Source of the DNA: Mantamonas sphyraenae STR306
Lineage: Eukaryota > Protista > CRuMs
Length of the DNA: 64,000 nucleotides
Reading direction: 5' to 3'
Assembly: GCA_026936335.1 (NCBI GenBank)
Contig: JAPMXV010000014.1
Coordinates: 1-64,000 of the forward strand
In this document: positions 28,298 to 41,348 of the stretch, one piece after another
Position numbering within the stretch: position 1 is the stretch's first letter
How the letters are laid out: every line of letters begins with the position of its first letter
Position numbers and translations under genes: made by a program
The notes under the pieces: model-generated
What the model saw: only the letters and a program-made list of their open reading frames with translations
What the model was told of the DNA's origin: nothing
The model's database searches: none

Positions 28298-30487
28298 ATG
28301 ACCTCCAAAGTCTGGTTGATTGTGCTTGCAGCACTGTGCATGCTGGCCTCTGCGGCCCCCAGTGACGACGAAGAAGGTCTCTCCGACCTCGGTTCCGGTA
28401 TGTGACGTCTCCTTGCACTCTCTGCGCCTGTGTTTGGTGCACCAGGTCCTGCAGAGGGCAACCCGCTCACAATCCCCCTTTCCATGTGCCCCACAGACGT
28501 GGATGGTCTGTCCAGTGACGAAGACGACCTCGGCCTGTCCGACGACGAAGGCCTCGGCGGCAAGAAGGCCGCCAAGAAGGCCAAGGACGCCAGCGACGCC
28601 AGCGACGCCGACACCGACGTTTCGGATGACGACAACGTCGCCCCGTCCTCAAACAAGGCCTCCCCAAAGGCCGCCAAACCTGCCAAGGCCGCCAAGGCCG
28701 GTAGCAAGGGCAAGGCTGCCAAGAGCAAGAAGAGTGCCAAGAAGGCGGACCCTCTGGATGACCTCGGTGGTGAGTGGTCGCTTGCGCGGAATCCCCAAAA
28801 TGAGCTGTCGGCCCGTTAGCCGCGCCCTCTGCTCTAACCATCCCTCACACGTGTTGCACGCCGGCTTCGCTGTTGCCATGGCATACGCTCACACGACCAC
28901 AGGACTGAGCGACCTCTCGGACATTGAATCCGACGACGACGCTGCTGCCAAGGGCAAAAAGGCAAAGGCGGCCAGCAAGAAGGCTGCCAACAGCAAGGCC
29001 AAGTCGAAGGCCGGCAAGTCAAAGGGCAAAAAGGCCAAAGGAAAGGACCCTCTGGACCTTGGCGACCTCAGCGACCTCAGCGACGACGACGAAGCGCGTG
29101 GCAAGGGCAAAAAGGGTGCCAAAAAGAGCAAGAAGGCGAACAAGGCCAAGGCCAAGAAGCAGGCCCGACGACCAAGAAGGCTTCCAAGAAGGCTTCCAAG
29201 AAGGCTGCCAAGAAGGCTGTCAAGAAGGCTGCCAAGAAAGAAAAGGGCGGCAAGAAGAAGCGTGGCAACCTCAGTGACCTGTCCGACATGTCTGGCAACG
29301 AAAGCGAAGACGAGCGCAAGCTGCGTCAGGAGATTGAACGCGAAGAGGCCAAGGCCAAGAAACAACCCAAGAAACAAGCCAAAAAACAACCCAAGAAGCA
29401 ACCCAAGAAACAACCCAAGAAACAACCCAAGAAGAAGAAAGGAGCCAAGAAGCAGGCAAAGAAGAACAAGAAGGCACCGTCGTCGGATGACGATCTGCTG
29501 GGCGATCTCAACGCTCTGCGCGAGGACAACTCGTCGTCTGGGTCGGACGACGAGGATGCAAAGGCCACCTACGACGACGATGACGAGCCTGCGCCAAGCA
29601 AGAAGGAGAACAAGGCCAAACACAACAAGCTGCGCAACGACCTGAAGATGAACGAGTACGAGGACGAGCGCATGGGACAAAAGAGCACCTGGGCAGCTGC
29701 ACAGGCAAACGGAGGTGTGCAGTCCGCCGAGGGCGAACACAAGCACCCGTACGCTGGCACAATGCACGAGAACGAGTTTCATGTGTACACAGAGATGCAC
29801 CGTGCCCTGCACGACGCCTACCTGCGCGAGACCGACAACCGCAACATGGCCATCGAGATGGCACGTGCTTGGCACAACCACCGCGAAGAGTGGAACAGCC
29901 GCTCTCGCGACGCAGACGTCGAGGAGGACGACGCAGACGCAAACGCTCGCAAGGATGAGTACAAACGCCGCAAGTTCCGAGCCCTGCAGGAGCTCATGTT
30001 CAAGGCTGAGGAACTCAACAAGGTCCACGAGGGCACAGAGAGGAAACTGCACCAGCTCATGCAAGAAATGCTGAGCAGCAGCCGCATCGTCGCCGGCAAG
30101 GCCTTTGGTGACAACCAACCGGCCGAACCCGCAGCTCCCTCCTCCAAGGCCAAACCGACTCCTGCCGCACCCAAGGCCACTCCAAAGCCCACCGCACGCA
30201 AGTCTGCAGCCGATCCCAACGCCCCCGAGCTCAGCGACATGGACGACGACGACGACTGGATGCGCAAGGCCGAAGAGGCCGCCGAACGCGCAGCCGCAGA
30301 ACTCCACAACCTCTCCATGAAGGCCGCCCCCAACGCCATGCCCTCCAAGAAGGCCTCCAAGAAAGCCTCCAAGAAGGCATCCAAGAAGAGCAAGGCCAAG
30401 GCCAAGAACAACAAGAAGGCCCCCAAGGCCACCCCTGCTGCCGCAAGGACTGCTGCACAAGACACCAACACCCAAAAGAAGAACTGA
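28298..30487 (+). CDS. Secreted Lys/Ala-rich and Asp/Ser-rich block protein with a central helical domain; 2 introns, frame break at about 29165
   Basis: Signal peptide MTSKVWLIVLAALCMLASA. Introns GTATGT..CACAG and GTGAGT..CACAG are in phase. Repeated DLSDLSD and KKASKKAS/KKQP blocks. Confidence 0.8.
29355..29436 (+). repeat. 12-nt coding minisatellite (AAGAAACAACCC)n encoding KKQP x about 6
   Basis: Directly visible tandem units. Confidence 0.9.
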
Positions 30488-30604
30488 TGTGTTCGTCCCC
30501 TCCTCTCTGCTGCCACCAACATGCACCTCTCCCTCTCTCCCTTTGCACGTGTCTCGCCCTTTCCGTCTGTCCGTCCGCACCTTTGGCCAGCACATTCGAA
30601 AAGC

Positions 30605-31025
30605 ATGGGAGGAGTGAAGCGCTTTGCATACCCGAAGCATGTGTGGTCGCCTGCTGGCGGCTGGTGGGCACACAACAGCAACTGGCCCATCAACACCGTC
30701 GTCGCCGCAGGAGCGATTGCTGGTGTCGCCTACACCATCGCAGAGTACAGTGATGCTCATTCGGTGCGTTGCATATCTGTCCATACACGCTTGCATCCAT
30801 ATCCACCTGTCTGCGAGGACATGGGAAGCCCTTTACGTCCAAGCAAACGTCGCCAAAGGTCAAGAGGGCGCGGAACCCGCCGTCGCCGTTTCTTCCCACG
30901 CCCTCCATACTCACAAAGCAGGCTGCGCATACGCCCCGGCCCCCTCCACACAGACCCGCCTTTCGGAAATCCAGGGCCTCGGCATCTCCACAGACGGCGT
31001 GACGTCCAACTCGAGCGGACAGTGA
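30605..31025 (+). CDS. Small single-TM mitochondrial protein, complex I accessory subunit NUUM-like; intron about 30764-30953
   Basis: MGG..RFAYPKHVWSPAGGWW...NW..NT followed by one TM helix. Confidence 0.7.
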
Positions 31026-31136
31026 GGCGTGAGGGCACGCCAAGCCGCGACAGAAATGCAACCCCTTCCCCAACAACGACTCCATTGGCAACACACAACA
31101 CCCAGTGAATGGTCACGTGCAAGCACACTACGGGGT

Positions 31137-32281
31137 TTACTTGTCCTTCTTGCCCTCCTTCATCGTCTTTTCGTGCTTGGCAATGGCCTTCTGGCGCACC
31201 TTCTTGTTGGTGTTGAGCACCTGCGGCAGCAAGTAGCTCGTCGGCAGCGACGTCAGGATGTTCCAGATCATCTCGTGGCTCCAGTACGGGCTGCTGGACG
31301 CATACAGGCCCAGCTGGCGCACTGCTGCCTTGGCGTACACCTGCGGCTTGATCGTGTCGAACGACGTGTACTTCTTGCCACTGAGCTTGCTCACCACAAA
31401 GTACGGCTTCTCACTGCCCACAAAAATGCCGTGCTCAGCGTACTCTTGGTTCAAGGCTCGCGAGAACGTGTCAATGTATGCCTTGCACGCGCTGTACTCG
31501 GCCAGCAGCGGCGTCGGCATGTACCCGCCGCTCACGGACGCCATGTTCACAATGGCTCCCTTTTGGCTGCCCCCCACGTCATGTGCCAAGCATTGCCGTC
31601 GTGTCAGCCTTGTCCCCTCCTTCCTGCATGCCACTGCATGTCTTTTGACGTCATACACGAAAAAAAACCACCCCCTTCGCATGCGCGTCGGCCCACGTGT
31701 CACAACCTTCTCCCCCACACTTACCGGTCCATCATCTGCGGCAGCACCGCGTAGCACATGCGCGTTGTGCTCGTCACGTTCATGGAAATCAGATGCTTCA
31801 CCTCTTCCAGGCTCATCTGGTCCAGGCGTTCCGGCCACTTGTGCGAAGCGCCCACGTTGTTCACCAGCACGCCCACCTCCAGCGCCTTCATCGCCTCGGC
31901 AATCGCCTCGTACTCCTCGTCACCAGCTGTGGAAAAGTCCACTGCCAGCGTCTGCGTGTCCACCTTGTACTGTTCCTTGATCGCCTCTGCCACCTCGTCC
32001 AGCTTCGACTGAGTGCGCGAAATCAGCAGCACGTTCATCTGCTTCTTGGCCAGCTCCATTGCGTACGCACGCCCAATCCCGTCCGTCGCACCCGTCACCA
32101 CAGCCCACTTGCCAAACCGACGCGGCGACCCTGCGCTGTACACAAAGTGGCGCCAGAAGAAGCCCAGCACGCCCACGCCCAGCTTCACCAAGCTGAACAG
32201 GCCCATCAGCAGCAGCGGCGCAAGAACAACCACCTTGGTGATTGGTTCAATCTCATCCAGCTTTGCCAGCACAACGTCCAT
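31137..32281 (-). CDS. HSD17B12: Very-long-chain 3-ketoacyl-CoA reductase (KAR/17beta-HSD12-like SDR); 1 intron
   Basis: GKWAVVTGATDGIGRAYA, LISRTQSKL, LVNNVG, YSACK (YxxxK), PYFVVSKLS, C-terminal KKDK. Confidence 0.92.
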
Positions 32282-32502
32282 CTTGTTTCCCGTTGGTTTG
32301 TTTCGGTGGGTCCCACAACGCGCATCCGCACAGCACACCCTCAACATGCCACGCTGTGCGGTGCACACGCATCTCCATCCCTTTGCCCACATCCCCTTCC
32401 CAATTGCATCCCTCCCAACCCATGTCCCTTGTCCTCTCTCCTCTCGACAGTCATCAAAACCAACCCCAAACCAACCCAAAACAAACAAGTGGCCTTCACG
32501 GC

Positions 32503-35500
32503 ATGTCTTTGCGCAAGGCTGCCGCATCCAAGCGCTCGGGCAAGCCGCATCGTCGGCGCAGGCGCAAGGAGCCGCGTGCCAAAGTCTTGCGGCGCTTGGT
32601 CAGCCTGCAGCAGCTGGCCCTCAAATCCCTAACGGACAGCCTGCAAGACTTGGACGACATGGAGGCGGAGAGCATCCGTGAGCGCTCGAACCAAAAGGTC
32701 TTGCTCCAACTCCATGCATACATGGTGGCACATGATGCCCTGGACCTGCATGCCATCAATGCACTCATCAGCTGCGGCCTCACCACTCTCTCCCTGGCCC
32801 ATTTGCCCAGCTCCCACAACCCAGACCCAGACACCTTTAGCGTGGTGGCCAACCCTACCTTTGGCCATCTCACCGAGCTGGACATCAGTGCGCCCAACAT
32901 GCACTGGTCCAATGACCACCTCACCAAGCTCAAGCCGCTCAAACACCTCGACACCCTGCGCGCAAACAACTGCCTTTTGGACCCGGGTTTCCTCGACATC
33001 CTGCCCGTGTGCCTCCTCCACCTCCACCTCAGCCGCGTCCAAACTGTCAACACTGCCGAACTCGTCGCCCTCAAGTCCTTCCGGCGCCTGCAAACCCTGA
33101 ACATAAGCAACTGCCTGCAAGTCGACAACGGAACCCTCGACCAGCTCGCCCCTGCCTTTCGCACCCTCACCGACCTCGACCTCTCCTGGTGTGTCCGCGT
33201 CACCGATGCCGCCATCGACAACCTCACGCGTCTCACCACCCTCCGTAGCCTCAATGTCGAGAGCACGGGCCTGTCGTCCGAAAGCACCCAGGCCTTGTGT
33301 TCCCTGCCCAGCCTGCGCTCCCTCAACCTCAGCATGATCAACAACCATCCCAGCAGCAACCCATTCCAGCACATTGCTTCTCTCACCGGCCTCCGCTCCC
33401 TCGACCTCAAGCACTGCCGCGTCACCGACTCCTGTGCAGGCTCGGCCCTCAACACCCTCACCTCCCTCCAGACGCTGCACCTCAACGACAACCGTATCAC
33501 CCCGGCCATCAAGACCCAAGTCGATTGGAGTGTGTTTGGCACCTCGCTGCACACCCTGCACCTTGCTGGCAACCCGCTCGTCGGTTCCGACGAAAACTCC
33601 CTCGCCTTTCTGGCTTGGCTGGAGAACCTCACCGACCTTGACCTGTCCGACTGTGGTTTGCACGACACCTCCACTCCACACATCTCTGCGCTGACCAGCC
33701 TGCGCACCCTCAGTCTCCAACACAACGAATTCACAGACGACAGCGTGAAGCTTTTGTCCTCCTCCCCCGTGTGCTACTCTGTGCACCACCTGCGCGTCAA
33801 TGTCGGCGACCGAGGTGTGGCTGCCCTCCACGAGTGGTCTTTGCTGCGTCGCCTGCACATTCAACCACACCCGGTCGAACACAAGGACCAGATCACCACC
33901 TTGAAGGCTTTGGTGCGCATCCCATGCCTTAGCCACATCACCCTAGAGTCGGTTCAACTTGACGCCGCCATTGCTTCCGAGTTGGCGCCCCTGCCCCATT
34001 TGCAATCCCTCATGCTGCTTCGATGCACCGTGGACAACGACACCTCGGGTGACATCGATCTCACCGACACCACCGGTCCCCTCCAGCTCTTCAAGTCCAT
34101 CCCCGGGTTTGAAAACGTAAAGCTGGATCAACAGAACACCAAGCCCAAGTTTTCATACAAGATGAAGGCCGCCGTCAAGAACATCAAGGCCGCCTTGGCC
34201 TTTCAAGGCTCATCTAGCTCCAACTTGAACGTTCCTGGCTCATCTGGAAGGAAGTCACGTGGCCAGCGACGCATGAGCACAGGCTTGCTCAAAGTCAACA
34301 TGGATGGCAGCCTGGAAACCTCGCCGACTGCGTCGCCCACGTCCACTGCACACGCGTCACCTACCAGGCTATCGGCCGTATCACCCACCAGCAGTGGGTT
34401 GCGCCCACGCAGCAACAGCCGCGACAAGTCACCATTGGCCGGGCGTACATTGGGGCAGCCTCGCGGGAGGTCGCGACGCCGCTCCATCTCCAATTTCGAC
34501 CAAACGACAACGCGCTCGATCCTGGAGCTGATGAATGCGACGGGGATCAACACAGAGGATGCACACGTGGAAGACAACGCCATCATGGTGTCTGTGAGCA
34601 CAGAGGTTGACTCACCCACCTTGTCGGGCAGCCCACGGCTGAGGCGACGCGGCAGTGACTCACGACGCAGATCGTCCAGTATCGGTCTGGATGCAATCCG
34701 CGAGCTGGAACGAGAACTGGCTGGGGAAGAACAGAACGAATCAACGACAGAAGCGGAGGACGCGCAGGAGGCATTGGAGAAAGATGACGTGCTCGAGCCA
34801 CTGCCGAACCAAGACTCGCAGGGCATGACAGAGGACCGGGAATTTGCAGACAGCGTACGGCAAGAAATGCGTCCTGTACGTGAACGGTTCCGTGTGGGAT
34901 CCACCGACCTGTTTGAGACGGTAGTGCCGATGGGCATCTCGCCGTCGAACTCGCCATGGAAGGACCTGGAAACGAGCATTGAAGATCACATCGTGGTGGC
35001 TGTGTCCTCGCCGCCTGCGACGCCGCGTGGTGAAAGAAGCAGAGAAGATGGAGATGATGGCAAGGAAGAGAGCGATGCCTCGGAGCTGACGCTGGAACAG
35101 GCGTCAGAAGGGAGCATCAAGGAGAGCGACAAGAGGAAACGCGGCAAGCGAGGCAAGTCTGCGCGACGGAGCAGGTCGCGCATGTCGTCGTCACGAGGCT
35201 CGTCACGCAATTCCAGCACACCAACAAGTGGGCGCAGGTCACAAGGAGGCTCGAAGCGGCGCCTGCGCATGAACAGCAATCTGAGCGCATTGTCCGCCCC
35301 GACGGCGAGCTCACGCGCGCGCTCCAAGACAATGGGAGGACGCACGCCCATGCCTATTGAGGAGGAAGAAGCCGCAGATGATGAAAGACGGGCACAGGCG
35401 CCTGTGCGCACTCGCTCGGGGAAGGTGCCGGCAGCGAGAGATCTCGCGCTGAATCGCGTGAAGCAGGGCAGTGCACTGGACAGACGGCGCATCCAGTCGA

Positions 35501-38186
35501 TGGGCAACATGTCGAGTATTGCACGAAAGGCGCGTACAGTGAAGATAGCAGAAGACTCGATTGCAGAAGAGGGTGAAGACGAGGGTGAGAGCAAGGCACA
35601 GGATGACCCTTCAGAGAAGAAGAAGAAGGAGGAAGAGGACAAAGCAGAGGTTGAACAAAAGAAGAAGAGTGTGAAGGAAGTACGTGTGGTGCACACAACG
35701 CTAGCTCAACAGCGTGGAAGCGAGTCCCCTGTGCGGAAACCGGTGACGACGACAACCCCGGGATCTCGGTTTGCCAGCCTGCTTGCAGAGAAGGAACGGG
35801 AGAACGAACGACAGCGTATGGCCGAAGAACAGCGCCAGCAGGCGCTGCGCAAGGCTCGCGAGCGTGCGATGGAGGAGCAAAGACGCATGGAAAGGGAGCA
35901 GGAAGAGGAAGAGGAACGGAAACGGGCGGAAGAGGCTGCACAGAAGGAGAAAGAGGAGAAGGAGAAGGAAAAACTGCAAAAGAAACGGTTGAGACGCAAC
36001 CGCAGTGGCACACGGTCCAAGTCGACCATGTCTGTTGGACTGGGCAGGCGAGTGTTAAGCCGCAACAAGAGCGGACGCATGACGTCGACGCCAACGCCGG
36101 AGCAAAAGCGCGGCACTTCTGGAGATGCAGAGGATGAGAAAACGTCTGCAACAGCTGCCCAAGTGAAAGCCATGGAGAACAAGCTGGCAAGGACCTACAG
36201 CGGGGGCCTGATGGAAGCAAAGCAGAACATTGCGCTGCGTATGAACACGCGCAGCCTGCGCAACGAGAACGCGACACGCAGTGCATCGACGGGCTTGCTG
36301 AAGCTGGGCAACCTGGGCAGTGGGATGCAGAGCCGTGCGGCGAGTCCACTTCGCACGGGCTCACCAGCTGGCTCTCACAGGCGTCTGTCGAATCACCACA
36401 GCTCGGACGACGTACGCATTGCCAGATCGCCCATGTCCGTACGGGCAGCCGGTGGAGTGTTTGACAGGAGTGAAAGCCTGCCCTCAGACGACAGTCGGGG
36501 TGCAGGTGGACTGATCGACCAGGCAGACGTGGAACATGGGGAGGAACTGCTACACGCAGCAAGCACCAAAAGCGAATCGTCAGATGGAGACGGAAAGAAG
36601 CGCGAAGACCTCAGTTCCACTCCAGACAGCCATGTGCAGAGTGAAACCAGCCCAAAGCGATTGTTGCGCAGTGATTCGGGCACGGGACCCATGCTTGTGC
36701 GGCTGCCTCGTGTGAGGATGCCATCCATGGACGAAGACCGTATGTCGACACAGTCGGACGACACGGTGGTGACCACGGTGCACATGTCCAGCGACGGTGA
36801 GGACGACGGGGACGAGCTTCGCTCCAATGACTCACCAGCCTCGGTGATCATTCGCGACGACTCTGTCCAGGATAGACCAGAAGCCGACATTGTCCATGTC
36901 CCCACTACGTTGCCTGACGCGAACGAAGAGCCGGAGAAGCAGGAGAGGGAGACGAGCATGGACAACGATGGGGATGGCGCCGAAAACAGGCACAGGAGGA
37001 CAACAACGAGAGTGAAGAGCCATCCCAGAGTGTACAAAAGGTTGCCAACGGCGAAGCAGCGTCCATTGAAGAAGCGAACGCGAATGACGATACCAAGGAG
37101 ACGCCGCCTGCCACAGCAGACAAAGAAGCGCAAGAACAGCGACCCGGAGCCCCAACGACCCAGGAAGGTTCCACGGACGACATCGACAATTCTGCGGAGC
37201 AAAAGGAAGCAACGAGCACACAAAAGTCACGGGAGAAACCTGTGTTGAGTGTGGATGTGCAGGTGACGAAACAGCCGACGGTTCCTCACTCACCGCCAAA
37301 AGGGACGCCCAACCGTTCGCCGCGTGCTGCACGAGCAGTGCCAAAGCGACGTATCAAGTCCAAAGGCCTGCTGTTGGCGACGCCCGAAGGTCGCAGCATT
37401 CGCGTGCGTACAAAGACGCCGCCTGAGAAGATGTTTGCATCAGTGTCGCCCAAGTCGGAGAAGCGCGACGTGTTTCTGAAATCGCTGGACGAACTGGACA
37501 TGGAAGAGAAGGAAGAGCGGGCCAAGCAAGCTCTGTTGGAGCAAGACATGCAAGTATCGCAACGGCAGCAGGAGATGCGGGAACAGATCGCCCAGCAGGA
37601 CGAACGGGCACTGCAGCAACGGCGCATGGAACTGTCTCTGAAGCAAGCAGATGTAGAGTCACACATGCACGTGGAAGCAAAGACCGACGTGCATCAAACA
37701 CAGCAGACGGTGGGACGAGGAGACGGGCAGGAGGAGAGGGAAGCGCAGATGCAACCGACGATTGCTGTCAGCGTGTCTGTACGTGGCAAAAAGGCACCCA
37801 TGGCGCAGAGCGGAGGTGGCAGTGGCAGTGGTGGCAGCAGCAGCAGTGCGTCCGCACAGAAGCATCTGGACGAGCAACACAAGTACCGGCGCGTGATGTT
37901 GCCGGCACAGCGCGGCCTGACGTTTCTGCAGCAGCCCCCGCCACTGAAAGACGACATGGAGGCCATGGGAGTGTCATCACAGGTGTTGGCACTGTTGGAC
38001 AAGCTGAAGGAGCCTGTACGACCGCCACGGTCGCTGGAGAAGATGAAAAAGATGCAACGGGCGACAACGGAAGCCATGAACCGCAGCATGGGTGCAAAGG
38101 GCAACGATACCAGCCCCGAGATTGACTGGGAGGCGTTGCAGGCCAAGCGTGCGGCCAAGACGACTGGAAGGCGACTTGCACTGTGA
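32503..38186 (+). CDS. Large leucine-rich-repeat protein with very long Ser/Arg-rich disordered and coiled-coil C-terminus; frame break at 36983-36986
   Basis: Repeated LxxLxLxxC/N units (LTDLDLSWCVRVTD, LRSLDLKHCRVTD). ORF 32242-37248 continues into ORF 37242-38186 if one A is added. Confidence 0.8.
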
Positions 38187-38239
38187 GTTGGGGTGACGGC
38201 GAAATGAAGCGTTTGCAGAGCCAACGAAACCACATCAAC

Positions 38240-40113
38240 ATGTCAGAGACTGTCGCCCAGCAGCTGGTGGACCTGCCAGCTACTGAAGATTTGGTGGCAT
38301 ACTACCGGTCGCACATTGGTAGGTGTTGGAAAAGTTGACGAGGTGGGAAAGAAATGACGAGGACGGAGTCGCAGCGCCGAGCGGGGATGTCCAAGGCGTA
38401 CAGCACACAGAGTGGGTGGACCTGCGCATGCTCTGTGATGTTACTTTTCCCGCACAAGCAATGGCAGAGGGCGTGGCGGTGTGACATAGGCCGGCGGAGG
38501 CAAAGGAGCAAGGGCGCCAACGTTCAAAATGTTGACACAAGGGCACACGACACACAGGCAAACTGGAGAAGGAGAGGGAAGACTTTCTGTACAAATTCGA
38601 GGCTCTGGAGATGTCACCGTCCGAGTACCATCACTTGCGGTGGCAGCTGAAGCAGACGGAGAGCGAGCTGCAGGACATCCGCAAGCAGAATGAGAAATTC
38701 AGGCTGGAGCTGCTGGAAGAGAAGGAGAAGCGTCTGGCGTTTGAAGACGAAAACAGGCGACTGAAGATTGGAGAGTTGGAAGACCGCAGGCGCATCCGGG
38801 ACCTGGTGGAGATGACACAGCCTGTGCAGGAGGAGGTGACGTACTTCCGAGACGGCAAGCCCGTACACATTGGGCGAGGCCCCAACGCAAACAGCACCAA
38901 CCCTGTGTCGGTGCCGGTCACACTGAATCTGCCCAGCGAAACGTTTGACGAGATGCGACGCAGCATGGGCGAGCGTACGGGCGACATTCCTGATGTCAGC
39001 TACGGAAGTGGCACGGAACACATGTCCGGGACAGATGAGGACACGGGAAACGCGTCGTCGTCGTCTTCCTCGTCGGCTTCTTCGTCGGCTTCTTCTTCGG
39101 CGGCGGGTGTTGGAGGATCGGGCGAGGACGGGATGGCTGGCGTGCACCAAAACGAGCAACTACGAGCACAGAACGAGAGCCTGCAACTGGAACTGGCAGC
39201 ACTCAAAGCACAAATGGAGGAGCGAGAGGCGCTGAACATCGAAAAGGTGGCGACGCTGAGCGAAGCGCTGCGAGAGCGGGAGGAGGCGGAGGACGAAGCG
39301 CACCGAAGGGCGCACGAACGCATCCAGGAGCTGGAGGACAAAGTGGCGCAGCTGCAACTGCTGATGCGCAACAATGTGCGAGAGTACATCAGTGTGAAGC
39401 ACACGGCGGGCAAGGAGAACAGGGAGATCAGTGAGCAGAACGAAAAGCTGCGCACAGAAAACATCATGCTGAAGCGTCAAAACGGCGAGTTGCAGTCGCG
39501 TCTGGAGCTGGAGGTGCGCATGGTACGAGAAAAGGTGTCGGAGGAGCTGGAGAGCTACAAAGACAAGTTCCGAGAGCAGACGCTGGCGGCGGAGGAGCAA
39601 GTGTTCTTGCTGAAGGAACGACACGAGGAAGCGGAAGCGGAAGCCACGGAGCAGGTGAAGAAGCTGACAAGCAAGATGCAGGACCTGCACACACGCACGC
39701 TGAAGCTGGAGCGACGCCGCAAGCTGGAGCGAGAGGGGTACGAGTCTGAGATTGCCATTCTGAAGGGCTATCTGGCTCGGATGGAGCAACAGATGGAAAA
39801 GATGGTGCTGATGGAGATGCAAGCAGAGATGGAACAGTACCCGGAGATTGAGCCGATGAAGCTTGCGCAGATGCCCAAAGTACGTGTGCATCTGGGCAAC
39901 AGCAACGGGTCGACGCAGAACACGGGGATGCACGAGTTGCGGCGAGGCAAGTTCCACGGCGACAGCAGCAACAGTGGGAAACCCACAAAGGCAAGCAGCA
40001 GCAGCTCACGACGAAGCAGAAAGTCAACGAGTCGCACACGGGAGACCAGCGGCGGAAAGAAGCGCCCGGCCAAACAGGCGTGGACGAGCACCACAAGCTC
40101 GTCGAGGCGGTGA
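38240..40113 (+). CDS. CCDC77: Coiled-coil centriolar protein CCDC77-like; intron 38319-38557
   Basis: LP.TEDLVAYYRSHI, HHLRWQL, ENRRLKIGELEDRRRI, EVTYF, LERRRKLEREGY. Confidence 0.8.
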
Positions 40114-40186
40114 AGGGTGTGCCGAGGGATTCAGGAATGGAAACACACAGTGACGCACATTGCATTGGTTGTCAATCTTCGGTGCG

Positions 40187-41223
40187 TCAGCAAAACACCT
40201 TGACGACATCGGTGAGGGTGATGACACCCAGGACTTGGAGGGACTGCGGATCGTCAACGACGTAGAAGCGGTGCAGCTTGGTTACGGCAAACTTGAGAAG
40301 GATGTGCTCAAAGGTGTAGTGAGGCAGAACATATACAGGCAATTTGTCGCCAGATGGGTTCCAATAGTCGCCGCAGGAGTCCAGGAGGCTGCCGAGGGTA
40401 TGGACGGTGAGGCCCCTCAAGTCGGACACAGACAAGTTGCCCACGAGCTGGCCGTCGTCGTTGCAGATGGGCACGCCGTTGACCCCTTTGGCCAACACAT
40501 TGGAGAGAACCTCGTGCACGGAGTCGGACTCTGCAGAGACAGCGGCGGGCGGTGGGAGGGAGGAAAAGGAGACGGTGTCAGTGAGCCTGGCGGGTGGCTG
40601 GGCGGAGGTTCTTCGCACTGACCTTGTGCGACGACGACATCCCCCCAGAAGCCGAGCTCCAGCTCCTGGATGGTTTTCGAAGCAATGGGGTGGACGCCCA
40701 GGCGAAAGATGTTTTGAACAAGAAAGGCAATGATGGTGGACTGGGAAAGAATGCCCGAAATGGAGTTGGTGCCTGGCTCAACGACGGCGACGCGATAGAC
40801 GCCCTTGGCAAAGTGCTCGCTGAGGACAGCAAACAACGATTCGCTGTTGTCCACTTGGATGTATGGGTTGCGCTTGCTGATGTCGATGAGCTTGGTGCAG
40901 GGTTGCTCCGTAAAGACAAGCCCCAGGAACTCGCTGATATCTGCATCCAGCAGCTCGTTGGGCTCGGCAATGACGGACAGGGCAAGGACAACGACATCGA
41001 GCATGTCGCAGAAGCCCAGCACGCCATCCTTGTCGTCAATCACTGGAGCAGAGAGGATTTGCATCTCGTTGAGGGTTTGCATCACCTCGCCCACCGTCTG
41101 CTCGCTTTTGAACGACACCAGTTCCTTGTTCTTTGTGTCCTGGATAATCTGGCCCACTGTGGTTGTCTGCAGGATGTTTGCCAGTGGGTCCAGATGTGGT
41201 GGCGGCGTTGTGACGCGTGACAT
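40187..41223 (-). CDS. Four-CBS-domain protein (AMPK-gamma/Sds23-like); intron 40531-40622
   Basis: ILSAPVID...GFCDMLD, GVYRVAVV...GILSQS, GVPI....LVGNLSVSDLR, LHRFYVVD...GVITLTDV. Confidence 0.88.
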
Positions 41224-41348
41224 GCTCGATGGACTTTTTGTTGGGCTCCGTGGTGTCGTCGCAGATGCCACGCTGGCCTCACATGTTCCTCAATGGACCC
41301 AGTTTGGGCGTGTTTCACGGTAGATGGTGAATAGGCTGCCCAAACAAA

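Noticed and set aside
29170-29440. Periodic repeats as a CRISPR array or histone H1 gene
   Set aside because: In-frame coding repeats without spacers; no H1 globular domain, and a signal peptide is present.
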